Shown here in pieces: positions 9,151 through 16,797 of a DNA stretch of 64,000 nucleotides. Source of the stretch: Gemmatimonadota bacterium (lineage in GTDB: Bacteria > Gemmatimonadota > Gemmatimonadetes > Gemmatimonadales > GWC2-71-9); NCBI GenBank assembly GCA_036679645.1, contig JAZDCY010000041.1:134-64133 (forward strand). Direction: 5' to 3'. Each line of letters starts with the position of its first letter. Position 1 is the stretch's first letter. The notes under the pieces were generated by a model. The model saw only the letters and a list, made by a program, of their open reading frames with translations. It searched no databases and was not told the origin of the DNA. Made by a program: the position numbers and the translations under genes.

Positions 9151-9945
9151 CTAGGTACCGCGAAAGACCGGTTGCCGCTTTTCGAGGAACGCCTGAAGAC
9201 CTTCTGTCGCGTCCTCGCTCTCGAAACATCGCACCTGATGTTCGAGCTCGATGTCGAGCATCGATTCCAGCGAACTGCCGTCACTGGCATAGATCGCCTG
9301 TTTGGCCAGTGCCAGCGCAATCGGTGGCTTCGCCGCCAGCATCGCAGCAAGACTGTGCGTCTCGTCCGCCAGTCGATCGTGGGGTACGACGCGATTGAAG
9401 ATCCCGATGCGCAGCCCTTCGTCGGCCGGGACCATCTCGGCGGTGAAGATCAACTCGAGCGCCTTCGAGGCACCCACCAGACGGGGGAGAAAGAAGGTTC
9501 CGCCCCAATCGGGATGGAGTCCGATTCGGTTGAACGTCTGCCCAATGCTGGCCCGGTCGGAGGCAATGCGGATATCGCACGACAGCGCGAGATTCGCCCC
9601 ACCGCCCGCCGCGGGACCGTTCACGCTCGCGATCACGGGTTTGGGCGTCGTGCGGATTGCGGTGACCGTCTCGCGGCCGCTCTCGACCAGCAACTCGAGC
9701 GATGCGGTATCGCCTTTCTCGCCGAGTTCCTTCATGTAGCCGATATCGGCGCCGGCACAGAAGGCACGGCCGGCTCCAGTAATGACGATGACGCGAACGT
9801 CCGTATCACCTGCCATCTCACGAACGGCCTGGGCCACCTCCTGGCGCATGGTGCCCGCGAACGCGTTGAGCTTGTCCGGCCGGTTTAGCGTAATCGTCCC
9901 GATCGCGGCGGTGACGTCGGTCAGAACATGTTCGTACCCGCTCAT
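9151..9945 (-). CDS. enoyl-CoA hydratase/isomerase family protein
   Basis: [68 protein letters not shown]. Start trimmed to ATG 9945 (ATGA overlap with the thiolase stop). Confidence 0.9.
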   Translation of the reverse strand: MSGYEHVLTDVTAAIGTITLNRPDKLNAFAGTMRQEVAQAVREMAGDTDVRVIVITGAGRAFCAGADIGYMKELGEKGDTASLELLVESGRETVTAIRTTPKPVIASVNGPAAGGGANLALSCDIRIASDRASIGQTFNRIGLHPDWGGTFFLPRLVGASKALELIFTAEMVPADEGLRIGIFNRVVPHDRLADETHSLAAMLAAKPPIALALAKQAIYASDGSSLESMLDIELEHQVRCFESEDATEGLQAFLEKRQPVFRGT

Positions 9946-11150
9946 GCTCGCTCCACCAGCATCGCGATGCCTTGGCCGACACCGATGCACATGGTGACCA
10001 AACCGTAGCGACCACCGGTCCGGTGCAACGCGTGTACCATTGTGGTGAGCAGCTTGGCGCCGGTACATCCCAGCGGATGCCCCAGGGCGATGGCACCCCC
10101 ATAGATGTTTACCTTCGCGGGGTCCAACTCGAGATCGCGGATACACGCAATGGACTGCGCGGCGAACGCTTCGTTGAGTTCCACGAGATCGATGTCGGCG
10201 AGCGTGAGCCCGGCCCGTTTCAGCGCCTTTCGCGTTGCCGGGATGGGTCCGAGTCCCATGCAACTGGGATCAACTCCCGCTACCGCTGTCGTAAGCACAC
10301 GCGCCAACGGCTCCTCCCGCCCTTCCGCCTTTCCGCCCTTCCGCCCTATCACTAACGCCGCTGCCCCATCGTTGATACCACTCGAACTGCCCGCCGTCAC
10401 CGTGCCGTCCTTCACGAAAGCCGGCCTCAACTTGGCCAACTTCTCGATGGTGACATCGGGCCGCGGATGCTCGTCTGTCGTAACGGTCCGGCCTTGCGCC
10501 TTTCCGCCCTTCCGCCCTTCAATCTCCACCGCCACGATCTCGTCATCGAACACGCTCTGCTCGAGCGCGCGCGCCGCGCGCCGCTGACTCTGAAACGCAA
10601 AGGCGTCCTGTTCGTCCCGGGTGATGCCGTACTGCTGCGCGACCTTCTCCGCCGTCTCGCCCAGCGAGATGGTCCACTCAGTGGGCATCTTTGGGTTGAC
10701 GAAGCGCCATCCCACTGTCGTATCGGCCATCTCCGGGGATCGGCGATGCCATGGGCGCGATGATTTCAGCATGACGTACGGCGCACGCGTCATGCTCTCC
10801 ACGCCACCGGCCACGAAGGCGTCCCCTTCGTCCGCCTTGATCGCCTGCGACGCACTGGCGACGGCCTGAAGCCCCGACCCACAGAGCCTGTTCACCGTCT
10901 GGCCCGGTACCTCAATGGGGAGTCCGGCAAGCAAACTCGCCATCCGCGCGACATTCCGGTTGTCCTCACCTGCGCCGTTGGCACATCCGAGGATGACGTC
11001 ATCGAGCGACGCCGGATCGATGCCCGCACGCGCAACCGCTTCCTTCACCGCGATTGCAGCAAGATCGTCCGGTCGCATCTCGGCGAGGGCACCGCCATGC
11101 GTTCCAACCGGCGTGCGAACCGCGGAGAAGATAAAAGCATCGCCCCCCAT
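9942..11150 (-). CDS. acetyl-CoA C-acyltransferase (thiolase; PaaJ-like by context)
   Basis: AFIFSAVRTPVG, VNRLCGSGLQAV (active-site Cys), NEAFAAQ, GGAIALGHPLGCTGA. Start ATG 11150 overlaps the upstream stop by 1 nt. Confidence 0.9.
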   Translation of the reverse strand: MGGDAFIFSAVRTPVGTHGGALAEMRPDDLAAIAVKEAVARAGIDPASLDDVILGCANGAGEDNRNVARMASLLAGLPIEVPGQTVNRLCGSGLQAVASASQAIKADEGDAFVAGGVESMTRAPYVMLKSSRPWHRRSPEMADTTVGWRFVNPKMPTEWTISLGETAEKVAQQYGITRDEQDAFAFQSQRRAARALEQSVFDDEIVAVEIEGRKGGKAQGRTVTTDEHPRPDVTIEKLAKLRPAFVKDGTVTAGSSSGINDGAAALVIGRKGGKAEGREEPLARVLTTAVAGVDPSCMGLGPIPATRKALKRAGLTLADIDLVELNEAFAAQSIACIRDLELDPAKVNIYGGAIALGHPLGCTGAKLLTTMVHALHRTGGRYGLVTMCIGVGQGIAMLVERA

Positions 11151-12586
11151 CACCGGCCGAGGCCGACCCACACCGTCTTCGAATCCATGTACCCGTCCAG
11201 CGCCTCCCGACCCAGATCACGTCCGTAGCCGCTCTGCTTGAATCCGCCGAATGGCGCCGCCGGGTCGTACAGGTTGTATGTGTTCACCCACACGGTGCCA
11301 GCGCGGATTGCGCGTGCAACGCGGAACGCCTTCTGGATGTCCTTGGTCCAGATCCCGGCCGCCAACCCGTACATCGTCTGATTTGCCAGATGGATACCCT
11401 CGTCGACGTCATCGAACGTGACGACTGAGAGTACCGGTCCGAAGATTTCCTCATCGACAATGCGCATTCCCGGCTTCGCATCGTCAAAGACGGTGGCTTC
11501 AACGAAGTAGCCCTTCCCATTTACGGTAGCCGTGTTTCCACCTACGACGAGCGTCGCTTCCTGTTTCCCCGACTCGACGTAGGACATGACCGTCTCTTGC
11601 TGCCGTGCCGATACTACCGCACCAAGACGGGTGTTCTTGTCGAACGGATCACCGGGCACGAGCTTCTTGGTTCGCTCGACCAGCTGTTCCACCACCTGAT
11701 CGTGCACCGAGCGCTCGACGAGCAAGCGCGAGCCCGCGGCGCACACCTCGCCCTTGCCATAGAAGATGCCGTTCTGCGCGCCGCGAACGGCCGCCTTGAG
11801 ATCGGCATCCGCGAACACGATGTTGGGACTCTTACCGCCAAGCTCGAGGGTCACCCGCTTCACCGTGTCCGCGGCATCGCGCATCACCTGCTTGCCAACG
11901 GTTGTAGAGCCGGTGAACGAGATCTTGTCCACACCCGGGTGCTTCACGAGGGCGGCCCCCGCCGTGGAGCCGCCGCCGGGAATGACGTTGAACGCACCTG
12001 GGGGAAGCCCCGCCTCCACCATGATCTCGGCCATGGCGAGCGCAGTGAGCGGCGTCTCGGACGCGGGCTTGAGGACGACCGTGCACCCAGCAGCCAAAGC
12101 GGGTGCGAACTTCCAACCGGCAATGTTGAGCGGGAAGTTCCACGGCGTAATGGCACCCACGACACCGACGGGTATCCGGTCGGTAAACACGAAATCGTTG
12201 TTGCTGACCGACAACACGTCGCCACCGATCTTGTCGGCCCAGCCCGCGTAGTATTTCAGCGTCTCGGCCGTCATCGACACATCGATCATCGACTCGAAGA
12301 ACGGTTTGCCGTTCTGCTTGGTCTCGAGCGTGGCCACGTCTTTGCGGCGCTCGCTCAGTAGCTCGCCGGCACGGTGGAGCATGGCACCGCGTTTGCGCGC
12401 GGAGAGCTGTTGCCACCCGTCAGACTCGAAACAGGCTCGTGCCGCCATCGCGGCATCATCCACATCCTGCTCGCCGGCCGCCTGGACCGCCGTGAACGTC
12501 TCTTCCGTGGCTGGATTGACGACCTCGATCGTTTTGCCCGAGACCGCCTTGCGCCACTCGTTGTTGATGAACAGGTCGGTCTGCAC
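11150..12586 (-). CDS. NAD(P)-dependent aldehyde dehydrogenase
   Basis: LFINNEWRKAVSGKTIEVVNPATEE, FTGSTTVGKQV, ELGGKSPNIVF, GEVCAAGSRLLV (catalytic Cys). GTG 12586 gives MQTDLFINNEW and overlaps the upstream TAG by 1 nt. The longer track ORF N-terminus looks like non-coding read-through. Confidence 0.9.
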   Translation of the reverse strand: MQTDLFINNEWRKAVSGKTIEVVNPATEETFTAVQAAGEQDVDDAAMAARACFESDGWQQLSARKRGAMLHRAGELLSERRKDVATLETKQNGKPFFESMIDVSMTAETLKYYAGWADKIGGDVLSVSNNDFVFTDRIPVGVVGAITPWNFPLNIAGWKFAPALAAGCTVVLKPASETPLTALAMAEIMVEAGLPPGAFNVIPGGGSTAGAALVKHPGVDKISFTGSTTVGKQVMRDAADTVKRVTLELGGKSPNIVFADADLKAAVRGAQNGIFYGKGEVCAAGSRLLVERSVHDQVVEQLVERTKKLVPGDPFDKNTRLGAVVSARQQETVMSYVESGKQEATLVVGGNTATVNGKGYFVEATVFDDAKPGMRIVDEEIFGPVLSVVTFDDVDEGIHLANQTMYGLAAGIWTKDIQKAFRVARAIRAGTVWVNTYNLYDPAAPFGGFKQSGYGRDLGREALDGYMDSKTVWVGLGR

Positions 12587-13395
12587 TAAGCGCCCGTGAA
12601 CTCGGGGGTCCGCTTCTCCATGTAGGCCGCCAAACCCTCCTTGGCGTCCGCGCTCTGAAAGAGCTGCTGTTGCAACTCGCGCTCGATTGCCAGGCCGCTC
12701 TCGAACGGCACCTCCAGGCCGGAGCACACTGCGCGCTTGATGTTCCCGACCGCCTTGGATGCCTTGCCGGGTGGCACGAACTGCTTGGCGTACGCCAGCA
12801 CGTCGGTCCAGAACGACTCCTTCGGAAAGACCTGGTTCACGAGGCCGATCGTTACGGCGTCATCGAGCGTGAAGTTCTTGCCGGTTGCCATCATCTCGAT
12901 CGCCTTGGACTTGCCGAGGATGCGCGCAAGGCGCTGTGTCCCGCCCGTGCCCGGCAGCACGCCGAGATTTACCTCGGGCAAGCCGATCTTTCCGCCGCCG
13001 GCCGCCGCGAGCCGGATGTCACACGCCATGGCGATCTCGAGCCCGCCACCCACCGTATGTCCGTTGAGCGCCCCAATGACCAGCTTGGGCGTGTGTTCGA
13101 GACGATTGAGCGTCTCGTTCGCGTGCAGGCAAAAGAAGTACTTCCAGCGCGGCGTCACCTCGTTCAGCATCTTGATGTTGGCTCCGGCGGAGAAAAATTT
13201 CTCGCCTTTGCCGCGCAGGACGATCACATGTACCGCGTTGTTCATCCGCGCATCCAGAATTGCCGTGTCGAGCTGCTTCATCATGTTGTGGGTATAGGTG
13301 TTCGCAGGGGGATCATTCAGTTCCAGGATCGCAATCCCGTCTTCCACCCGATAGTCCACCAGCATCTCGTCAGTCGGCGCTGTCCAATCAGTCAT
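12586..13395 (-). CDS. enoyl-CoA hydratase/isomerase family protein (candidate ring-opening hydrolase or isomerase of the paa pathway)
   Basis: IAILELNDPPANTY, VIVLRGKGEKFFSAGANI, ALNGHTVGGGLEIAMACDIRLA, GLPEVNLGVLPGTGGTQRL. Lies between the epoxidase genes and the ALDH. Confidence 0.85.
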   Translation of the reverse strand: MTDWTAPTDEMLVDYRVEDGIAILELNDPPANTYTHNMMKQLDTAILDARMNNAVHVIVLRGKGEKFFSAGANIKMLNEVTPRWKYFFCLHANETLNRLEHTPKLVIGALNGHTVGGGLEIAMACDIRLAAAGGGKIGLPEVNLGVLPGTGGTQRLARILGKSKAIEMMATGKNFTLDDAVTIGLVNQVFPKESFWTDVLAYAKQFVPPGKASKAVGNIKRAVCSGLEVPFESGLAIERELQQQLFQSADAKEGLAAYMEKRTPEFTGA

Positions 13396-13610
13396 CTGCG
13401 ATCATCCTCCGTGTTGCGAAGAGAGTTGGAGAGAAAGTCCGGCACGTCCAGCCGATCCGTCCGATCCCCCCACTTGATTGCCTCGAAATGTGTCCGGCAC
13501 GCCCGGCAGTAGTGCCGGGCCACCATTAGCGAAGTGCCGAAGTCGTTTTCCTTCCTTGTCGCCTGCGAGCCGCAAAACGGGCACGGCTTGGGTTGCGGGG
13601 CGTCAGCCAA
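13392..13610 (-). CDS. stand-alone zinc-ribbon protein resembling the C-terminal Zn-ribbon of PaaD
   Basis: CPFCGSQATRKENDFGTSLMVARHYCRACRTHFEAIKW matches, as far as I recall it, the CPxCGS...FG.T...Y.C..C...F pattern at the C-terminus of E. coli PaaD. TTG 13610 overlaps the paaC stop. The longer ORF to 13712 lies inside paaC. Confidence 0.5.
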   Translation of the reverse strand: MADAPQPKPCPFCGSQATRKENDFGTSLMVARHYCRACRTHFEAIKWGDRTDRLDVPDFLSNSLRNTEDDRR

Positions 13611-14406
13611 TCTTGAACAACTCATTCTTCCCGCCGCGCAGGTGAAAGAGAATGTCATCGTCGAGTCCACCCGCCGCCGCCCGTCGGGTCGCCGCGTCCC
13701 AGCCATCGGCACCTATCGCAGTCGGCGCAGGCACCGCTACACCGACCTCGTCCGCCATGGCGCGAATATCGGCAAACACCGCCCGGCACAGCTCGACGTT
13801 GGCCTTGGACTTGATCCCCGCCGCGACGAGTGCCGCGTCCTCCTCCTGCTCCTCCGGGCCGAACCACACGGCGACCGCCCCGAGCGCTGCGGTGATCTGG
13901 CGCTCCAGCCGACCGCGTATGTCGTCGCTCCGGCGTGCGAGGGATCGGAACCAGCCACGCCCGTGGTGCAGGTGGTGGCGTTCCTCATCCAGCATTTTCT
14001 CGAGGCTCATGCGGAGCGGCTTGAAGCTCGATCCGCGCATCGCGTGCAGCGTCCGCGTCACGGCCAAATCTACTACCGCGTTGATCGCGACGAAGCCCGA
14101 CCAGCCTTCGACTACCCGATCGAGATATGCGACGTTGGCAAACGCGTCGCCGGCTCGCCGCTCCACCATTTGGACGGGATCATCCTGAAAGTGTTTCTTG
14201 AGCACCGCGTGCAGCAGCCGGACATGTCCCAACTCCGCCTGCGACAGCGAACACGACGCGACGGCGGCCTCGAGTTCCGGGGTGCCGAAGGTCCACTCCC
14301 CGTAGTGATAGCCGAGGAGCAGCTTCGTATCGGCACACGCCATGAGGAGGTTGCGGAGACCGCGCTGGCAGAGGGCGTTCATTCCGTCCAGAGAATTGAA
14401 TTCCAT
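13603..14406 (-). CDS. paaC: phenylacetyl-CoA epoxidase structural subunit PaaC-like
   Basis: LLMACADTKLLLGYHYGEWTFGTPELEAAVASCSLSQAELGHVRLL... LDEERHHLHHGRGW, a ferritin-like PaaC/PaaI family pattern. ATG 14406 overlaps the paaB stop (TGATG). Confidence 0.75.
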   Translation of the reverse strand: MEFNSLDGMNALCQRGLRNLLMACADTKLLLGYHYGEWTFGTPELEAAVASCSLSQAELGHVRLLHAVLKKHFQDDPVQMVERRAGDAFANVAYLDRVVEGWSGFVAINAVVDLAVTRTLHAMRGSSFKPLRMSLEKMLDEERHHLHHGRGWFRSLARRSDDIRGRLERQITAALGAVAVWFGPEEQEEDAALVAAGIKSKANVELCRAVFADIRAMADEVGVAVPAPTAIGADGWDAATRRAAAGGLDDDILFHLRGGKNELFKIG

Positions 14407-14621
14407 CAGTTGCCCCACAGTGGCAGGCTCCCGTGCTCTGACACGGGGATCACCGCGTCGCGTGGCACGACACACATCTCGACCCAGCTCTCTTCGTCGT
14501 AGAGGGTCCAGGCGTAGGCCTTGGCCAGCTCGTCATCGGTGGCATTGACGCTACCGACGTGCTTCAACTCTTCGTCGTGCGTCTTGCGCGCGAACACTTC
14601 GTAGATCTGCCCGAACGTCAT
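14406..14621 (-). CDS. paaB: phenylacetyl-CoA epoxidase subunit PaaB-like (short form)
   Basis: IYEVFARKTHDEELKHVGSVNATDDELAKAYAWTLYDEESWVEMCVV follows the PaaB pattern YEVF.R....H.GS..A.D...A...A...Y......W.V. At 71 aa it is shorter than E. coli PaaB (about 95 aa). Confidence 0.75.
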   Translation of the reverse strand: MTFGQIYEVFARKTHDEELKHVGSVNATDDELAKAYAWTLYDEESWVEMCVVPRDAVIPVSEHGSLPLWGN

Positions 14622-14633
14622 GGCACTCCCCGA

Positions 14634-14951
14634 TTAGCTGACAACGCCGTGCGCGGCCAGGACACGCCGACCACGATCGCTGATCCGTTCCTTGGTCCAC
14701 GGCGGACTCCACACAATATCGATGTGCGTGCGGACGACTCCCGGTACGCGCTGCACTGCATCCTGGATATCGGCGACGATCATGTCCATCGCGGGACAGC
14801 CGATCGACGTGAACGTGAGTGTGACCTCTACGGCGTCGTGCGTGACGCGCACGCCGTAGACCATGCCGAGGTCGACGATGCTCAGTGGGTATTCGGGATC
14901 GCCGACCGTCTGGAGGACATCCCAGACCTCTTGCTCACGCGGCGGCGACAT
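14634..14951 (-). CDS. paaD: DUF59/MIP18-domain protein (N-terminal half of PaaD)
   Basis: VWDVLQTVGDPEYPLSIVDLGMVYGVRV...TFTSIGCPAMDMIVADI...VDIVWSPPWT is the classic DUF59 fold sequence. No Zn-ribbon tail. Confidence 0.8.
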   Translation of the reverse strand: MSPPREQEVWDVLQTVGDPEYPLSIVDLGMVYGVRVTHDAVEVTLTFTSIGCPAMDMIVADIQDAVQRVPGVVRTHIDIVWSPPWTKERISDRGRRVLAAHGVVS

Positions 14952-15888
14952 ATCCGGCGAAATCCCCCTGGATCATCTCGACGTACCGTTGGTTCATTGG
15001 CCCACGCGCTTTCCAGCGGTCGAACACCACGTCCCAGCCGAGCGGTTCTTCATAGAGCCAGCGTTTCTCGTCGGGGTCGTACTGGCACGGGAACGGATAG
15101 TCGATGCTGTACTCCTTCTTCTCGTCATCACGGTGCGCCGGCACGTCGATCCCGATCGACTCGCAGAGGGGAACAGTCGCATCCATCCACACCTGGCGCA
15201 GTTGGTCGTTGGTACTCCCCTTCAACCGATAGATTAGCTGCCCGGAATGGTGTTTCAGATCGTCCGGCAGCCCGAACCACTCGAGCGTCATCGGGAACAT
15301 CCAGTCCACCGCACGTTGGAGCGCTGCTTTGACGTCGCCGCCTGCCTTGGCAAGTCGCTTCATCCACGACTCGCCGTGGCGCAGATGCAGAACCTCCTCC
15401 CGATCCACTTTGACTAGAGCACGTTTGAGCGGGCCGTAGCTGGTGTTGTGGTACACGTCCGAGAGAAGCGTAATACCGGCCCGATCGAAGAACCCGTTAG
15501 CCACCACCATCTCCGCCCAATTCTCGAGCGCCTGGTCGAACCCGTAGGGATGCTTGAACTCGTGCGGCTGCCGGCCGTATACGAGCCACTGCCGATCGAC
15601 GCCCAGATCCTCCATGATGCGATACGCGATGTTGGCGTGACCCAACTCGTCGTGCACGATTGCCGTGACCGCAATCCGGCTGTTTATGCTCGGCGCGTCG
15701 CGCGATGCGAGATAGTAGGCCGGGGCGCTCATCAACTCCGTATCCCCTTGCACGGTGAGCTGCGTGAGCAGCGAGCGCTTGTATCCGGGCGTCATATCTT
15801 CCTCGGATTCGAGCATGAACCCGTCGTTGATCTTATCGATCAGCGCCTGCTCGGCAGGATCACGTTCGCGGGGCGATGTCACCGGCAC
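14935..15888 (-). CDS. paaA: phenylacetyl-CoA 1,2-epoxidase catalytic subunit PaaA-like di-iron oxygenase
   Basis: IVHDELGHANIAY and VDREEVLHLRHGESW (two E..H di-iron motifs). Overall length and layout resemble PaaA. GTG start. Confidence 0.8.
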   Translation of the reverse strand: MPVTSPRERDPAEQALIDKINDGFMLESEEDMTPGYKRSLLTQLTVQGDTELMSAPAYYLASRDAPSINSRIAVTAIVHDELGHANIAYRIMEDLGVDRQWLVYGRQPHEFKHPYGFDQALENWAEMVVANGFFDRAGITLLSDVYHNTSYGPLKRALVKVDREEVLHLRHGESWMKRLAKAGGDVKAALQRAVDWMFPMTLEWFGLPDDLKHHSGQLIYRLKGSTNDQLRQVWMDATVPLCESIGIDVPAHRDDEKKEYSIDYPFPCQYDPDEKRWLYEEPLGWDVVFDRWKARGPMNQRYVEMIQGDFAGYVAAA

Positions 15889-16129
15889 AGCCTCCTCCTG
15901 TTGCGGTCGTGCGTATTCTCTGCGCGCACTTCAGCGCGAGAGGACTCTCATCTCGTCCATGTGCCGCGCTAAGAACCTGATGTGGTGGTGGATGGCGTGA
16001 AGCCGCTCGTCGTAGGGTCGGATAGCCATTCAAGCGTTCGGTCGGTGCCGGAACCTACCCGCCCCGTCAATAGGGGTCAATTCCACACCCACACCCTCAT
16101 CGCCCGCTCGATCACCCCTTTCATCGCCT

Positions 16130-16155
16130 AAACCCCGGGCTCACGCCCGGGGTTT
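16130..16155. repeat. REP-like perfect hairpin (11-bp GC-rich stem, TCAC/GTGA tetraloop), single copy of the family arrayed at 60916-61160
   Basis: AAACCCCGGGC-TCAC-GCCCGGGGTTT. The 35 nt at 16131-16165 are the exact reverse complement of 60903-60937. Flanked by four TCATCG(C/T) motifs. Confidence 0.85.
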
Positions 16156-16207
16156 GGTCGCGCGACTAAGCATCGTCTCTCATCGCCACTATCATCTCCG
16201 CCCTCTT

Positions 16208-16230
16208 AACTTTACGCCCATGCGTTCGTC
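16208..16230 (+). promoter_or_regulatory. candidate ECF-type promoter (AAC-N16-CGTC) upstream of the sigma factor gene
   Basis: ttAACtttacgcccatgcgttCGTCtctctcatcGTG. Spacing and motifs resemble the generic ECF -35 GAAC / -10 CGTC. The -10 lies only about 10 nt before the GTG start, so the transcript would be near-leaderless. Confidence 0.3.
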
Positions 16231-16239
16231 TCTCTCATC

Positions 16240-16797
16240 GTGACGGCACCCGACGCTCATCCGGCACCCTCGGATGTCGAGCTGATCGCCGGATGGCGGG
16301 CAGGCAACGAGCACGCGGCAACCGAGTTGGTGAAGCGGCACGGCCACGCGGTTGCCCGGTACCTCAGCGCGGCCGGTGCGGACGCGGATCTCGATGATCT
16401 GGTACAGGAGGCGTTCTTTCGGGCGTTTCGGAAAATCGCCACATTCAAGGGTGGGGCGAGCTTCCGAACCTGGGTCATGACCATTGGCCGTAACGCGCTC
16501 CGGGACCTGCACCGCAAACGCGGCCACCGGGCCATGCTGAGCCTCGAGGACCGTGACATCGCCGATAGCCGGTCCGACCCTCACAACGAGACGATCGGGC
16601 GCGACCTAGAGGAGCGGCTGCACACTGCGGTTGCGCAACTACCGCCCATGCAGCGCGACGTCTTTCTCCTGCGGGCGCAGCAGGGGCTGGGGTACACGGA
16701 GATCGCGGAGGCTTTGGACACATCCGAGGGCGCGGCGCGCGTGCACTACCACCACGCGGTGAGACGGCTCAAGGCAGCCCTGGAGGAAACGGGATGA
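16240..16797 (+). CDS. ECF-subfamily RNA polymerase sigma-70 factor
   Basis: Region 2 (DLDDLVQEAFFRAFRKIATFKGGASFRTWVMTIGRNALRDLHRK) and region 4 (LPPMQRDVFLLRAQQGLGYTEIAEALDTSEGAARVHYHHAVRRLK). Confidence 0.9.
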   Translation: MTAPDAHPAPSDVELIAGWRAGNEHAATELVKRHGHAVARYLSAAGADADLDDLVQEAFFRAFRKIATFKGGASFRTWVMTIGRNALRDLHRKRGHRAMLSLEDRDIADSRSDPHNETIGRDLEERLHTAVAQLPPMQRDVFLLRAQQGLGYTEIAEALDTSEGAARVHYHHAVRRLKAALEETG

